64,000 nt of DNA from the human T2T-CHM13v2.0 reference genome, Homo sapiens, in the NCBI RefSeq assembly GCF_009914755.1, contig NC_060931.1, one strand, 5' to 3'. A model generated the notes under the pieces. It saw only the letters and a list, made by a program, of their open reading frames with translations. It was not told the DNA's origin and did no database searches. The position numbers were made by a program, and so were the translations under genes. The stretch's first letter is position 1, and each line of letters begins with the position of its first letter. Below, one piece after another: positions 44,330 to 57,110 of this stretch.

Positions 44330-47300
44330 CCTTACAAGAAATGATGACAGAGAGATCTGAAAGTTAAGCACCTTCAAACTGCAGCATTTCATGGGTTGAT
44401 AGGAAACACTGAATATCTCAGGGAAAGAACATTTTGGAAGAGTTGGAATCACATTCTTAAGCAGTGGTTTTCAAACATTTTTAACAGTGGGGCCTTTTTT
44501 TTTTTTCCACATGAAACCACAACTGTAATTCCATCTTACAATACAGATTAAAATAGGCCTTTATGAATAAAAGTTTAATTTATAATTTCATACTTGTAAG
44601 GTAATCAATAAGAACAAAGAGGCTATTTAGGGAACAACGAATTTTAGTACCTAACACACTTGAGTGTATGTGCTTTCTAATTACTATTTTTAAAAAGTTT
44701 TAATTATGGTTTTTAAGAAGTCACTCAAACATTTGCAGACCCTGAAGCAGTCTTCAGTGTGGCTTGGAAATTACTGTACTGCCTTAAGTCAAAAGTAGAG
44801 CTTAGACTGGAATCAATGGGTATTCAGGAAATTCAATGGTATTGCTTGATTTAAGCCCAGGTCTTTCCAGTTCTGAAACCCATGCTCTTTCCATTGCATC
44901 GCTATTCCCCAGGTTTTGCAAATTTGCCGTGAGGAGTTACAGACAGGCATTTGCACAGTCCTAAGCCTCTAATTAACAAAGCAGAAAATGCAGTGCTTCA
45001 GGTGGGGAGCAGAGGGCCCTGGACAACCCTGGAAACTCTGCAAACTACTCATTCCCCTGAGAGGAGTGCCAGGCCAGATCGTGCAACCTTCTAGGAAAAT
45101 GCATTTGGTGAGGCCACAATTAACTGGGCTTGGGCAGCTTAACAATGATAAAAGGGGAAGGTATTTGACTTTGTCCAAATACTTTCAGGAACAGGCAGTA
45201 CCAAGTGCAATTGTGAGGTTCCTTTACCTCAATAGAAGCAGATAGCTTCTAAATGAAGTGATTGTGCACAAGCTTAGAGGAAATCTGAGCTACCGCCAAA
45301 CCACATGAGGATAATAGGCATCTCAACACAGCGACCGAAGCCATGTACTGCTAATACACACAGACGCTGTGGGCTTCAGCCCATCCAAAAAGGCAGAGAG
45401 GTTGCACGGTATATTAAATGCACTGATTTTTACAGCTAACATCTGGCCTCAAGGACAGCTGTGGTCAGGTTTAGTGAAAGACTTCAGTGAAAAATGATTA
45501 AGTCAAAATATTTGGCCTCTCCGTTTAAAGCAATTAAAGCAATTTGTTAATCAGTCAATCTGCATTGGGACTTGATATTTACTAGTTTCATTTTACTTGA
45601 GGCAAGAATAAACTTCTCAAACAAAGTTAAACATCACTCCTTGGACTCAAGGGAGTCTTACTCATATAGTGCTGTCTTTTCCGTTTGAAAAACATATATT
45701 TTTATTGTTATGAAATTAAGAATGTTTCTCTTAACATCCCTTGAGTCTTACTCACACTGAAGTTGCTTGGCCCTTGATGATGAATAAACAGAGAATAAAG
45801 AGTGTGTAAAATGATTGGCATCTAAGCCTCCCTGCATGTCTGAGATTTTGAATAAAGGGGTAGTTAGCATGAATAACAACTCCTACATCATACACATGAA
45901 AAAAATTCTGAGGGGTTTTATATTTGTGAAGAAAAGTTGTCTCTCAAAATCTGTTGGGTCCACTTTGCAGTCTGTTTCTAATCTCTCAGAAAACACAACA
46001 TGGGTTTAATGTGACCCTGAAGGATGTCAGGAAAACAGGGCTTGCCCTCTGATCCCCTGTGTGAAGCTTGTTGAATTAGTCTGAGCACATTTGAAATGAA
46101 TCAGGATAGTGAACATCTGCCTCCCTTTGTTAGAAGAATCCTTCTATTTATAAATAAACACTTCGTCTGGCAAAGATGGTGAATTCCTTCATTCCATGTT
46201 GCTTTTCTTGAGCAACTTGAGCATGGGGCCAGTGGCACAAGGTGCATTCCGAATCCCATCAAGGGACACAGAGAATGAAAATAATTAACTAATACTAAGA
46301 CCTTGCAGGCTTCTGCCTAGTCCTGTGTGGCAGCTGATTCAGCTACCTGGAAGACACTTGGGAAATTATCTGGACTTTCCTGACTTACACAGCTAAATGA
46401 CCCAGAGGTGCTTGAGGCCCCTGAGAGAGAAACACTCCTCAGTCAGCATTTCCTAATTGTGGAAACACAGAAGAGGCCACAAAGATAGTTGCCTGCCTTT
46501 CAGCAGCCCCAGTGTGGGTATTCACTACTATCAGGAGGGTAAAGTAGACCCAGAGGAGATAGTTCTTTTAAGGGGCTGTGGGCATTAGAAAATAGAATGT
46601 TTAAGGAGAGGTTGGGCCTCCTACGCCTCTTGCATACCCCAGCTTCCTTCTCTAGCTCTCATGAATGCACCGGACATGGCTTTACAATAGCTCTTCAGAG
46701 TGACCTCAATGATATTGCTTACAGCTCATTTAATGGGTAGGATGCTTCTGTGAATTCAGGAAAATAATTTTTTGCTAAATGTTGCAAAAATTAAAAGCCT
46801 ATATTGAAAGTGAGGTCATTTTTACTAAAAAGATATTTTTCATACTTAAGTTCCTACTCAGTGGATACTGATTTGATTTGAATAATAAATTATTGCAGTG
46901 TGATTTTGGACATGATACTCAACTCCCACAGGAAAATTTCTCTAGTTCAAAAACAATGAGAATATTGGTATTTGAAGAGTAATCTTCACAATGTGTCTTT
47001 ACTTACATTTATAATTAGTGCCCTCAATCCTGTGATGAGGAGATGATCAATCCATTTAACATAAGGTTAAATAACTTATTTTTTTTTTAATTTAAGAAGG
47101 ATAAATGTAACTATTTAAAAGTTAAGGAAGATATATGAACTTGCTAAGATGTGGAATGGGACTAATACCTAATCTTCCCATTTCTCAGTCATGTGTTCCT
47201 TTCAAGGCACTAAATCCAATGCACCTAAAAAAATAAAACTGAAAACTGTCACCAACTCACTCCCTTCAAGGCTTAACTGAAAGAGAGAGATTCTGGTTTT

Positions 47301-47710
47301 GTTAACATGTCAGGCTAGGTACCTGGATCAACCCACTGAAGACAAAGAAAGCTGGATAAAATGTAGTTTTGAAAATATTATGAAAACCACCACTCAACCG
47401 TTCTGAGATAAATTCCTTGAGAGTAGGGATTATTGTCTGTTTTTTACACTGCTGTGTTCCCAACACATAGAATAGTAGTTGGAAGATTGTAGGGGCTTCA
47501 CAAATATTTGCTGAATGATTGATTTGGTGAGCTAGCAAGAAAGTAATGTTTGCTCAGGCCAAAATCTAAGGGAAGATGAGAACATAGAGAGGCAAACATA
47601 GAATTTCGTTCAGTATTTTTACCTTGAGAATATTTTCAGAACTTAACAATTTAAGCTGTTATGAGCCTGTAAGGTGTAGAGGTCAGAAAATAAAGCACAG
47701 CTCCCTTTAA

Positions 47711-48095
<385 letters not shown>

Positions 48096-48119
48096 CAAAA
48101 GTCTTTATCTTAAGCATAA

Positions 48120-49742
48120 GTATGAACTAGAAATAAACTCTCCCCATCCTCCTACAAGAAAATGGGAAAAAGGAAAAAGAGATGGGGGAGAATTGCAAGT
48201 TTTCAAATCCTGGCACTGAGTGAAAGGGGAAAATAGACTCTGAGAAACTGTATTTATAGGTTAGATCTCGTGTTTGTTTGCTGCCTCAATTCCATAGTAT
48301 TTGGATGGCCCAAAAAACTGAGAATGGAATTTAGTTTAAATAATCCTAGACGAGTTGTCAACTGGCAGAGGAAAGTCATAATTGTCTTTAGAAGTATTCA
48401 CCTTTGTGTAAATCTAAGGAGATTTCCACACACACACAAGTTACGTAGGAAAATCAACAGCTCACGTTTTAAAAGTCATGAGACAGATAAAGTAACAAGA
48501 TACCGTTGAGTGAGAATCAGCAGAGAGTTAAACGCTATCTGTGAACACTTATAGTGTGAAAATAAAAGCAGATTCAAGAGAAAAATCAAATAAAATTCTA
48601 AAAAGGAAATATATTACAAGAATTTAAAACTTAGTGGGTACATCTGAAAACATCAGACAGAGCTGAGGATTTAAATGGTACACTGGAAAACTGAGCTGAA
48701 GGGCATAATCCATAATCTAGCACAAGAAAAGCCAAAGAAACAGATATAGACTATAAAAGAGTAAGAGACATGGAGGGTGAATTTAAAGATCTGATCTCTA
48801 TTTAATTGGAGTTTCAGAAGGAGAAGAAAGAATAAAGCAAAAGCAGTATTTGAGGAGAAAATCATGAGAAACTTTCAGAGAAAGAGATTTAAAAATTTTG
48901 ATATCTAAAAGGATAAACAAAGTGATATTCACAATAAGGTACATCGTATTAACACTGGAAAACATGAATGTCAAAGCAGAGATACTAGAGGAAGCCAGAG
49001 AGAAGGGACAATTCGCATTCAAAAATGTGTCAGACCAACAGCTAACTTCTTAAAAACTACAATGGAAGCCGAAAGACAGTGAAGTGGAATTTTCATGGTA
49101 CTGAAAGGAAAAACAAACAAGCAAACAAACCCAGACACTATCCAACTTAGGAATCTATGCCCAAGGAAAATAACTTTCAAGAATAAAATTGGACATTTTT
49201 AAAGAAACAAGAACTGAAAGGTTTTGCTGCCCACAGACACTCACTAAAGGAAATCTTAAACAACATCCTTCAAACTGAAGGAAAGTAAGTTACAGGTGGA
49301 AATTTCCCAATGCCAGAAGAAGCAAAGAGGAAAGAAAATAATACATATTTGGGTAACATTTAATGACTATTGAATGAATAAATCCACAATAATTGTCCTG
49401 AGATAAACAGAGAAATAATATACACCACAATAATAGCTTTCAATTAGAGAAGGAGGTGAATGGAGTTAAGATTCTTTCATTCTAAGATGAACTCTACAAG
49501 ATGTGTGTTTATATAAGGCATATCTCTAAAGACAGAGAAGGCTAAAAGTAAAAGGATGAAAAATATGTTCAGGAAAATTATTCTATGTCAATAACAAAAG
49601 CCACTGTAGTTATGTCAATCATATACAAAATAGATTTTAAAGCAAAAAGATTTCCTAGTTATAGGTTAATTACACATTATACATGATTCAATTCACCAAT
49701 AATACATAAGAACTCTAAATGTGTATGCACCAAATAACACAG
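48120..49742 (+). mobile_element. L1ME-type 5'UTR/ORF1/ORF2-start remnant
   Basis: taattggagtttcagaaggagaaga, acaatggaagccgaaagacagtg, aatagattttaaagcaaaa, ctaaatgtgtatgcacc. Confidence 0.7.
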
Positions 49743-50299
49743 TTCTGCTTGGGAAGCCACAGAGCTGCAGCAGTGTTGCCAGGAAGAACCGAGAGGATGG
49801 AGGAGGCTTAGTGATGGCACACTTTAGACCTTTCCAGCAAATTCTCACTCCTGAAAAGAAAGGACCCACCTTGATTGGAGTCTACTGTAAATAAATTTTA
49901 GTTGACAAGGATATGTTTGCTGAGGGCAGCTGAAAAACAAATACATAATGTGCACAAGGGGTCAAAAGATGAAAAGTATCAAAAAGTGGATACTTTTGTA
50001 AGGGAGGGAAATGGAGGGCAGGGTCCCTTGTTTCTTTGTTACAGAAACAATAAGAGCTCGGGGTTCATAACAGAAGACATCCTGGCTAAGTGAGAAAGCA
50101 AGTTTGACTGACCAGACAAGTTGTCTTTTAAAGAAGTATCTATCTCTGAAGCAAGAAGACAGAATCTGAGTGAACAAACCTGTAAAGCCACCCACAAGAA
50201 TATTCTAATAACTGCATGTTGATAAAGGAGCTCCTTATTCAAGGATGTGTTTTTCTTTTAAAGAAATAAAAAGCATTTTAAAAGATGCTCAAATAAAAA
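49743..50299 (+). pseudogene. Candidate processed pseudogene of an unidentified gene
   Basis: Non-L1 insert within L1ME: GC-richer leader, aggATGG at 49797, 142-codon frame to TGA 50222 with six internal stops, AATAAA 50265-50270, A-rich end. Confidence 0.45.
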
Positions 50300-51390
50300 G
50301 CTGAAAAGAGCATGGTTGAGCAATTCTATTTCCAGGCATTTACCCTAGAAAAATAAATTATTTATCATGTGCCCCAATGCATGTATTCAAGAATGTATGG
50401 GAGTGTGTGTGTGTGTGTGTGTACATATATAACATATATACTATAATATAAAAGATACACTATGTATATGTAATATATAAACATTATATACATTATAGCT
50501 ATCTATCTCAAAACATTTCAATTTCATGCAAATAACTGAAAAAAAATCCAATGGCCGGATAAATTGTGGCATATTTATGCAATGGAATACCATAAAGGAG
50601 TACAAATGAATAAACTACAGCTCCATACATCAACACAAAAGAATCACAAAAGCATAAGACAAATCAAGTCAGAGAAAGTACATGCAGTATGATTTCATTT
50701 GTATAAATTTCAAAAATAAGCAAAACTAAATAATACATTATTTGGATACATTCTAAAATTATGTAACATCCTAAAGAAAACCACAATAATGAGTATCACA
50801 AACGTCAAGATAGTGATTACATTTGGTTGGGAGATAGGGGCGAAGCACAGAACTTGGTAGCTAAGAAAATGGCACAATTCATTTATTTACTTGGATGCTG
50901 GGTTTTCAGGTGTTTGCTTTATTTAAAAAAAAACTATTCAAATACAGCATAGATACACAAAAGTGTACAAATAGAAGCCTGCAGCTGAATGAATGAAGCC
51001 AGCAATCTCCAGCACACCAGCACCAAAACACCCTACATCTGACTCTCTATCCTAATGAAGAGAAAGATAGCAAACAAAAACCAAACAAAATAAGGAATGG
51101 CAAGTCACTAACCCTCTCTCAAAGGTAGCTGCTATTCTGACTTTCAACACTATAGATCAGTTTTTCCTGCTTTTGAACTTTATATTAATGGAATTACACA
51201 GTATGCACTCTTTTTTTAATCTGGCTGCCTTTCCTCAATATTTTGTTTATGAAATTGACTCATTTTGTTGCATGCAGAAATAGTTTGTTCATTCCCTGCT
51301 TTATTATTTTTAAATTGTACATGTATATTTTATATACTTTTCTGTGTTTTTATTATATTTCTCAATAAAGCAAATGAAAATAAAACTTTG
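50300..51390 (+). mobile_element. L1ME 3' end with embedded antisense L1 piece (~50930-51295) and (TG)n
   Basis: gcaattctatttccaggcatttaccctag; ggataaattgtggcatatt; aaaactaaataatacatt. Confidence 0.65.
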
Positions 51391-53049
51391 AAAGATCAGA
51401 TTCGATAGTAAGGAAGTCCTTGTTACTCTCTGCATGTCCATTAAAGTTGTAAATTCTAACAATCCAAATATTTTAGACATTAAATATTTCCAGAGAGTCT
51501 GGAAAGAAAGTCATTTCTCAAACACATCAGTCTTTCTACTTTTGCTGCCAAGTCCAGACCAGACACAGGGACAACAAATATGGACTGTCAAGTAATTTCA
51601 CCTAAAGTATTTCTAAGACCAAAATTCAAAGAGCAAAAACAAAGAAATGCTACTCAGCCAGATTCCTCCAGTTGAACTGCTCCTAACAAAGTTGCGCAGT
51701 AGGTAACTTGTCTCAGGCACCTGGCTCTCACCAGGCTCACCCCCTGCCTCCGCACACCTGTCTGCCCTTTTGCCCTGTCTTTGCCCTTTTGATCTGTAAG
51801 TCCTCCTTCTGAACCATGCTCATTCCAGGTTTCTCCATGTGCTCGCCTCTTTAATATTGATGAAAAGAAGGCTGACAAAGTAGTTCACAGTGAAATATGA
51901 AAAAGAAGTGGTTATTCTATCTTTCCAGAGGCTGTCGATATTTTACGAGGGCAAAGTTATCACAAAGCATCGGCTGTGGTAGTAGAACATTGTGGGAGAT
52001 TTTTGGGTGGGTCTTTTGCATTCCATCAGGTGAGCATCACTCTAATTTGCTTGCAATGACCCTGTGCCCTTGGAGACTTTGTTTATTCTAAGCAAGGAGA
52101 CTTCTGACAACAGGAAGAAGGCTTTAGCCTTATTATCTCTGTGGCCTCCAAACTAGAAACCACAATGCAAAGATGAAAGCTAATCTTCACAGCAGAAAAA
52201 TGTTTCTGAGCTGCTGCCACTGCAAAATATAAAAAAGTCAACCCCTAAAAAGGCCACGATGGAAGAATGCCCAAGTGCTGCCCACTCTTCTGACCAGGCC
52301 AAGCAGTGCCTGGAAAATGCCTGCATCTCTAGTTGTGTCTGAGGGTGGAGATTTATTGGTCCACTGGGAAACAGGCTTGGGGACAGTTGCCTGAAGCCAG
52401 ACCTGGGCCTGCTTCTAGCTGAATCTGAAACTGTTTCCCTGAAGATGTTGCTTTCCCTGCACCCTTCTCTCGGGTGGGTGTTCATCCTTCCATCTAGGTA
52501 GACTGTACTTTCAGATTTGTCTCAGAGTCCTGGTTTGTGCCTGCTGTCCTAGAATCCATTTTGGTTTGCATTTATCCTGGAATTTTTATTTTCTAACAAG
52601 GTATTAGTAGTAGTAGTTACATTAAAGTACGTTGGGAAAGGCTGGATACACCTCTACTTTGTAGCTCTAGCTTTTGCCAGGGTCTCATCCAGGAGGGGGG
52701 CAGGTAAGTGATTAGTGAGCAGAGTTCTTATTTTATTGCCTGTTTACAGCAGAAAGACAACCCATGATAACTTACTCTCTTGCCTCGAGTCTTCTTAGAT
52801 TAAACACTACTTTTGTGCATGCAGAATACTGGCTGACAAACTAGAGCTGGGTTGGACAACCACAGCAAGAAACATCTCAATTCTTCCAATCTCCAATGAT
52901 ATGATACAAGAAGCATTCCAGCCAGGACTTCAGCCTGCAAGATACAAGAAGCCACAAGGCCACTAGTCAGATCTTATGCCAAGGAAGTGGTTGAACTGAG
53001 ACCCAAACCTGAATATATTTAACTTGAAAACTCATACTCTTAAGCACAT

Positions 53050-54650
53050 TACTAACCACTCCTCACTTTCACTAAAGATTATGGCAAAAGAAGCAGCCCC
53101 CCATCTACTCTATGTTTCTTTCTTCCTAGATGAATTCCATATCCATGCAGTCAGTTGCATCATTGTGTCAAGGTCACAGCTCCATGCCAACTGCTACACT
53201 TGAGTGGTTAAAACCTGGTAGGAACTTTGGGCATTAGTGTAATCATAATTCCCTAGTCTCCTCATAATATTTCTTGACAACTCCTTTTCTGACTTTGATT
53301 AGCTCACTCTCCACTCAAGCAATGATGTGAAACACAAATTTCCTCAAGCATGCTCTTATACCTACCCTTCTTCTCTCAAAAGCTGACTTGTGTCCTGCAT
53401 CATTTTTGGAGGACATTGAGGGAACTGGCTACACATTTCTCAACCTTTAGATACCACATCCTCCCTCCTACCTTGTGCTTTCTTCTATTAACAGCCAAGC
53501 TTTTCACCTGTGCTCATGGTCCACTCTGCTTCTATCCATTCAGGACCTGGCTCTATCACTTATTAGTGTATTCTTTTTACTTTCAACCTATGCTGCTCTG
53601 CTGTCTCATTTCCCTTGGCTTATAAGCTTGATCAAATCTCCTTCATCAAAACAAATAAACAAAAATCTTAAAACTTAAACCACATTCTTAACAGTATCCT
53701 TTTATCCTTGACCTATCCCTCTTCTTCTCTTGTAAGTTAAGAATCCTGAAAGAGTAGAATACATTTCCTCTCTGAATTTCTTCACTGTCCAGTCTCATCT
53801 TAAACCCTTATAATGTAGCCTCTGCCCTCACTACAATCCCTAAAACTGCTCTAGCAAAAATCACCAGTGTTCTCCCTATTGACATTTAAGTTTAAAAAAA
53901 TGTTGTTACCATTCTTAATCCTTTACATAATTTGATACATTTCACTATTACACATCTTGAAATTCTGCATATGCCTGATTTCTTGTAACCACTACCTTTG
54001 GATTTTACCTCCCTGCAAGCCAACTCCTTTTCTCCCTTTGTGCTCTCATCTGACACACCTTCTTCAAATCTGAGCATTTCTTCTTAATCTCCTTCATAGG
54101 AATATCGAAATTCCTAGGATTCTCTCCTTGGTCCACTAAGGTCCTCAACCGACCCCAAAGCAATCCCACCCACACTCATGGTTTATCTACCACTTGTGGG
54201 ACAATGACCCCATCTCCCGCCACAAGCCATCTTTCCCACCCTGACATTTCACCAGCACATCAAATGCATATACTTCCTTGCCCAGGAATGTGTACACATA
54301 GTTGTTGCACAGATACCTCACAGCTCAAAGAGTCTAACGTGCCTCATTATTTTTCCCTAAGACCTATTCCCTGTCATCTCTACCTTCATATGTCGTGGTT
54401 CCACCTTGCAAAAGCCACTTAGGTCAGAAACCTTAGAAATCTGAAATTCATCAATGATTCTCCCCTCCCCCCCACTCATACTGTGCAATGTCTAAAGAAT
54501 CATCATAGCTATTGATTTCTTCATCCTAAAAAATTTTCAAAACTTTCCACCTTTTACCTCTGCTATTTTCAGGCCCTCCCTGCCTGCCTAACTTTTCTCC
54601 CTGCTTCTCTTCTGATGCTCTCTTTACTCCATGCTGCCACCAGGCTTATA
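53050..54650 (+). mobile_element. L2 body (degraded)
   Basis: Pyrimidine-rich L2 motifs (aaaactgctctagcaaaaatcaccagtg; aggtcagaaaccttagaaatc). Confidence 0.6.
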
Positions 54651-55569
54651 CAAACCCACCACTCAGTTTTTAAAATCAAACTGTCATGGGTTTCCTTTTA
54701 TTGCCTGCTGGGCCAACTCCCGGCTCCCAAGATGGCAGGTGTAGCTCTCTCCACAATGTGCAAACCAAGGCCAGGCTTCACCCTGTCTCTGCCTGTCTGC
54801 CGCCTCTCTGGAAAACTCCAGGAGAAACACACAGAAGTGCCTTCTCTTCTCTGCTGACATGAAATTTGAACATGTATAAACCAGCATCAAGGTGATGTAA
54901 TCCCATCCAACTTTCATAGATAATATCCAGGATGGAAATGTTTCCAAACCACAGCTGAAAGACACATGTGGTTTTATTCGGCATGAAATTCGGCAAGTAA
55001 TTAATACACAACTCTGTCATGCTCCTGGAAGCAGGGCCACTCTTGGAGCTTGGGGGAGTGAAAATGAGACCCTCATGCTGGTCAATACTGACTGCCTCCA
55101 TCACAGCAGGGAAGGCCAGAGCCGTTCATACCTACTTCTGGGTAATCACACACTTGTGCTGGCTGCTTCTAGGGGTTTATGGGGGTGATTCTGGATGACT
55201 ACACACAGAGCACCCTGAGTCAAAAGTGTTTCAGGGACCATCTGGGATTGGTACTGAGGCTGGTTATCTCCAACACTGTCCAGTAACTACACAGTTAAAG
55301 CCATTCTAGGAGAAAATATAAAATCACACTGAAAGTTTATACCACACTAAAAGTGTCAAATGCTACAAAACCTCACCTTTAAGGATAGCTGAAGGGAACT
55401 GCAGGGGAAAACCACAGAAGCAGTCAGGCTTCGGCAAAGTGAAAACCTCACGCCAAGAGCATCTTCATGAGCTCTCACCGAATCAATGCAGAGTTTTCCT
55501 TTCCATTCTTTCCTTTCCTTTGCCCCCTCTCCTACTGAACGTAGTCACTTCTTACTTGATCCTGTCTTT

Positions 55570-55696
55570 TTCTTTTTTAAGACATGAGGTCTCGTTCTGT
55601 GGCCCAGGCTGGATTCTAACTCCTGGGCTCAAGCAATCCTCCTGCCTCAGTCTCCAGAGTAGTTGGGATGACAGGCAAGTGCCATCGTACCTGACC
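55570..55696 (-). mobile_element. FLAM monomer with 14-bp TSD
   Basis: TSD ttgatcctgtcttt (55556-55569) / ttgatcctgccttt (55697-55710). Confidence 0.88.
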
Positions 55697-56569
55697 TTGA
55701 TCCTGCCTTTAACTCATCTCCAGTTCCAGTTAATAATTTTTGGCTCTCAGTCATATTTTCATTTTTAATAATTTGGGGACCTCTTTGAGAAATAAAATAA
55801 AGTTATGGACTCTCTCTCCAGGAAAAAAAAAAAAGTACATACAGTTGAGGTTTTGCTTATAATTCAGGGAGTTCATGGATCAGGCCCCTTCCCAACAAAG
55901 CACATTCATAGCCTTATAGGCTTTAATCAACCTTCCAAATGGCAGCCTTCATGTACTTGAAGAGCATGCCCAGGAATGACTTCCTCTCTCCTCTCCTCCT
56001 CCACCTTGGCTTATGTAAGTCAAGTTGTTGGTGTGTTATGTTTCTCCCCCAAAATGAATCTCTCCATTTTCATCTTTGGGCAATGTCCTGAACTGCATCA
56101 GCTCTAGAGGTTTTATGTGACACATGTGCTACAGGACAAGCCACCGCATCCTCCCTATCATCAACACAGCCTTAAAGGAAGCATTCCCACCAGGACAGCA
56201 GCAGCCTCGGCAGCTCCCTGGCAGACCACACAGAACACTGCCAGCTACAATTCTGAGGATGGTCCTTGACGTATTGACGCCTAGTTGCAGCTCTATGACT
56301 TCAACTGTTGGGTCCCTAGGCACCATGTGGGAAGGCTCAGTGAACTGTAATCCAAGGGATTGGATTGGGAGGGGCCAGCACCTGGATCAGTTTCCTATGA
56401 GAATGGGGGCAGCTGTTGTGCTGGACCCTGTGGGCAGTGCAGGAGGAGGTACAGGGCAGCTGCCCATGCAAGACACCTTTCATTAAGCATCCATGGGTAC
56501 AGACAGCCAGTGGGTGTAGAGGCGATGGTGTAATCTCAGCCAGCCAGTGGAACAAAGCAGTAGGAAAGC

Positions 56570-57110
56570 ATATTCATTCATTCATTCATGCAATGAAGCA
56601 GTTTTCACTGTGCTCCTGCTAAGTTCCAGGCTCTGTGCTAGGTGCCTGGAAAACAATAGTGAGGAAAATAGATAGGACCTTCTTGGAACTTCCTGTCTAG
56701 TGGGTGATGCAGGCATGTTGGTCATGTGACCATTCAACCATGAAGGTAAGAATCAAGTTTTAGAGAGGACTTAGGAGGGCATAGAACACACGTTGGGAGT
56801 GGGGAGGATACTGACACAGGGAAGGCCACCTGAGGGCAGTAACATCAATGCTGATGTGTGCAGGGTGAGTAGGTGCTAGCCAGGTGGGTGGGTGCCTTTG
56901 CTGTGGGGCCACAGGTGAAGCAGGGTAGAGAGGGCCAGAGGGAGAGTGGGGACTTGGTGGCAAACTGGTCATGAGGGCCAGCAGGGAGGCCAGTGGACCA
57001 AAATATTAATAGATACTACCAGAGAGGCAGGAAGGCCCGGAACATGAAGCACCTCTGACACCATTTTAATAACTTTCCACTTTGCACTAAAGGGTTTTAA
57101 GCAACATGTG
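56570..57110 (-). mobile_element. L2 3' end
   Basis: (ATTC)n terminus followed by ccaggctctgtgctaggtgc. Confidence 0.75.

Noticed and set aside
49797-50222. Naming a parent gene from short peptide resemblances (SRP14, MRPS21, INIP, ACYP1)
   Set aside because: Only 4-6 residue matches, no collinear or nucleotide support; left unnamed.
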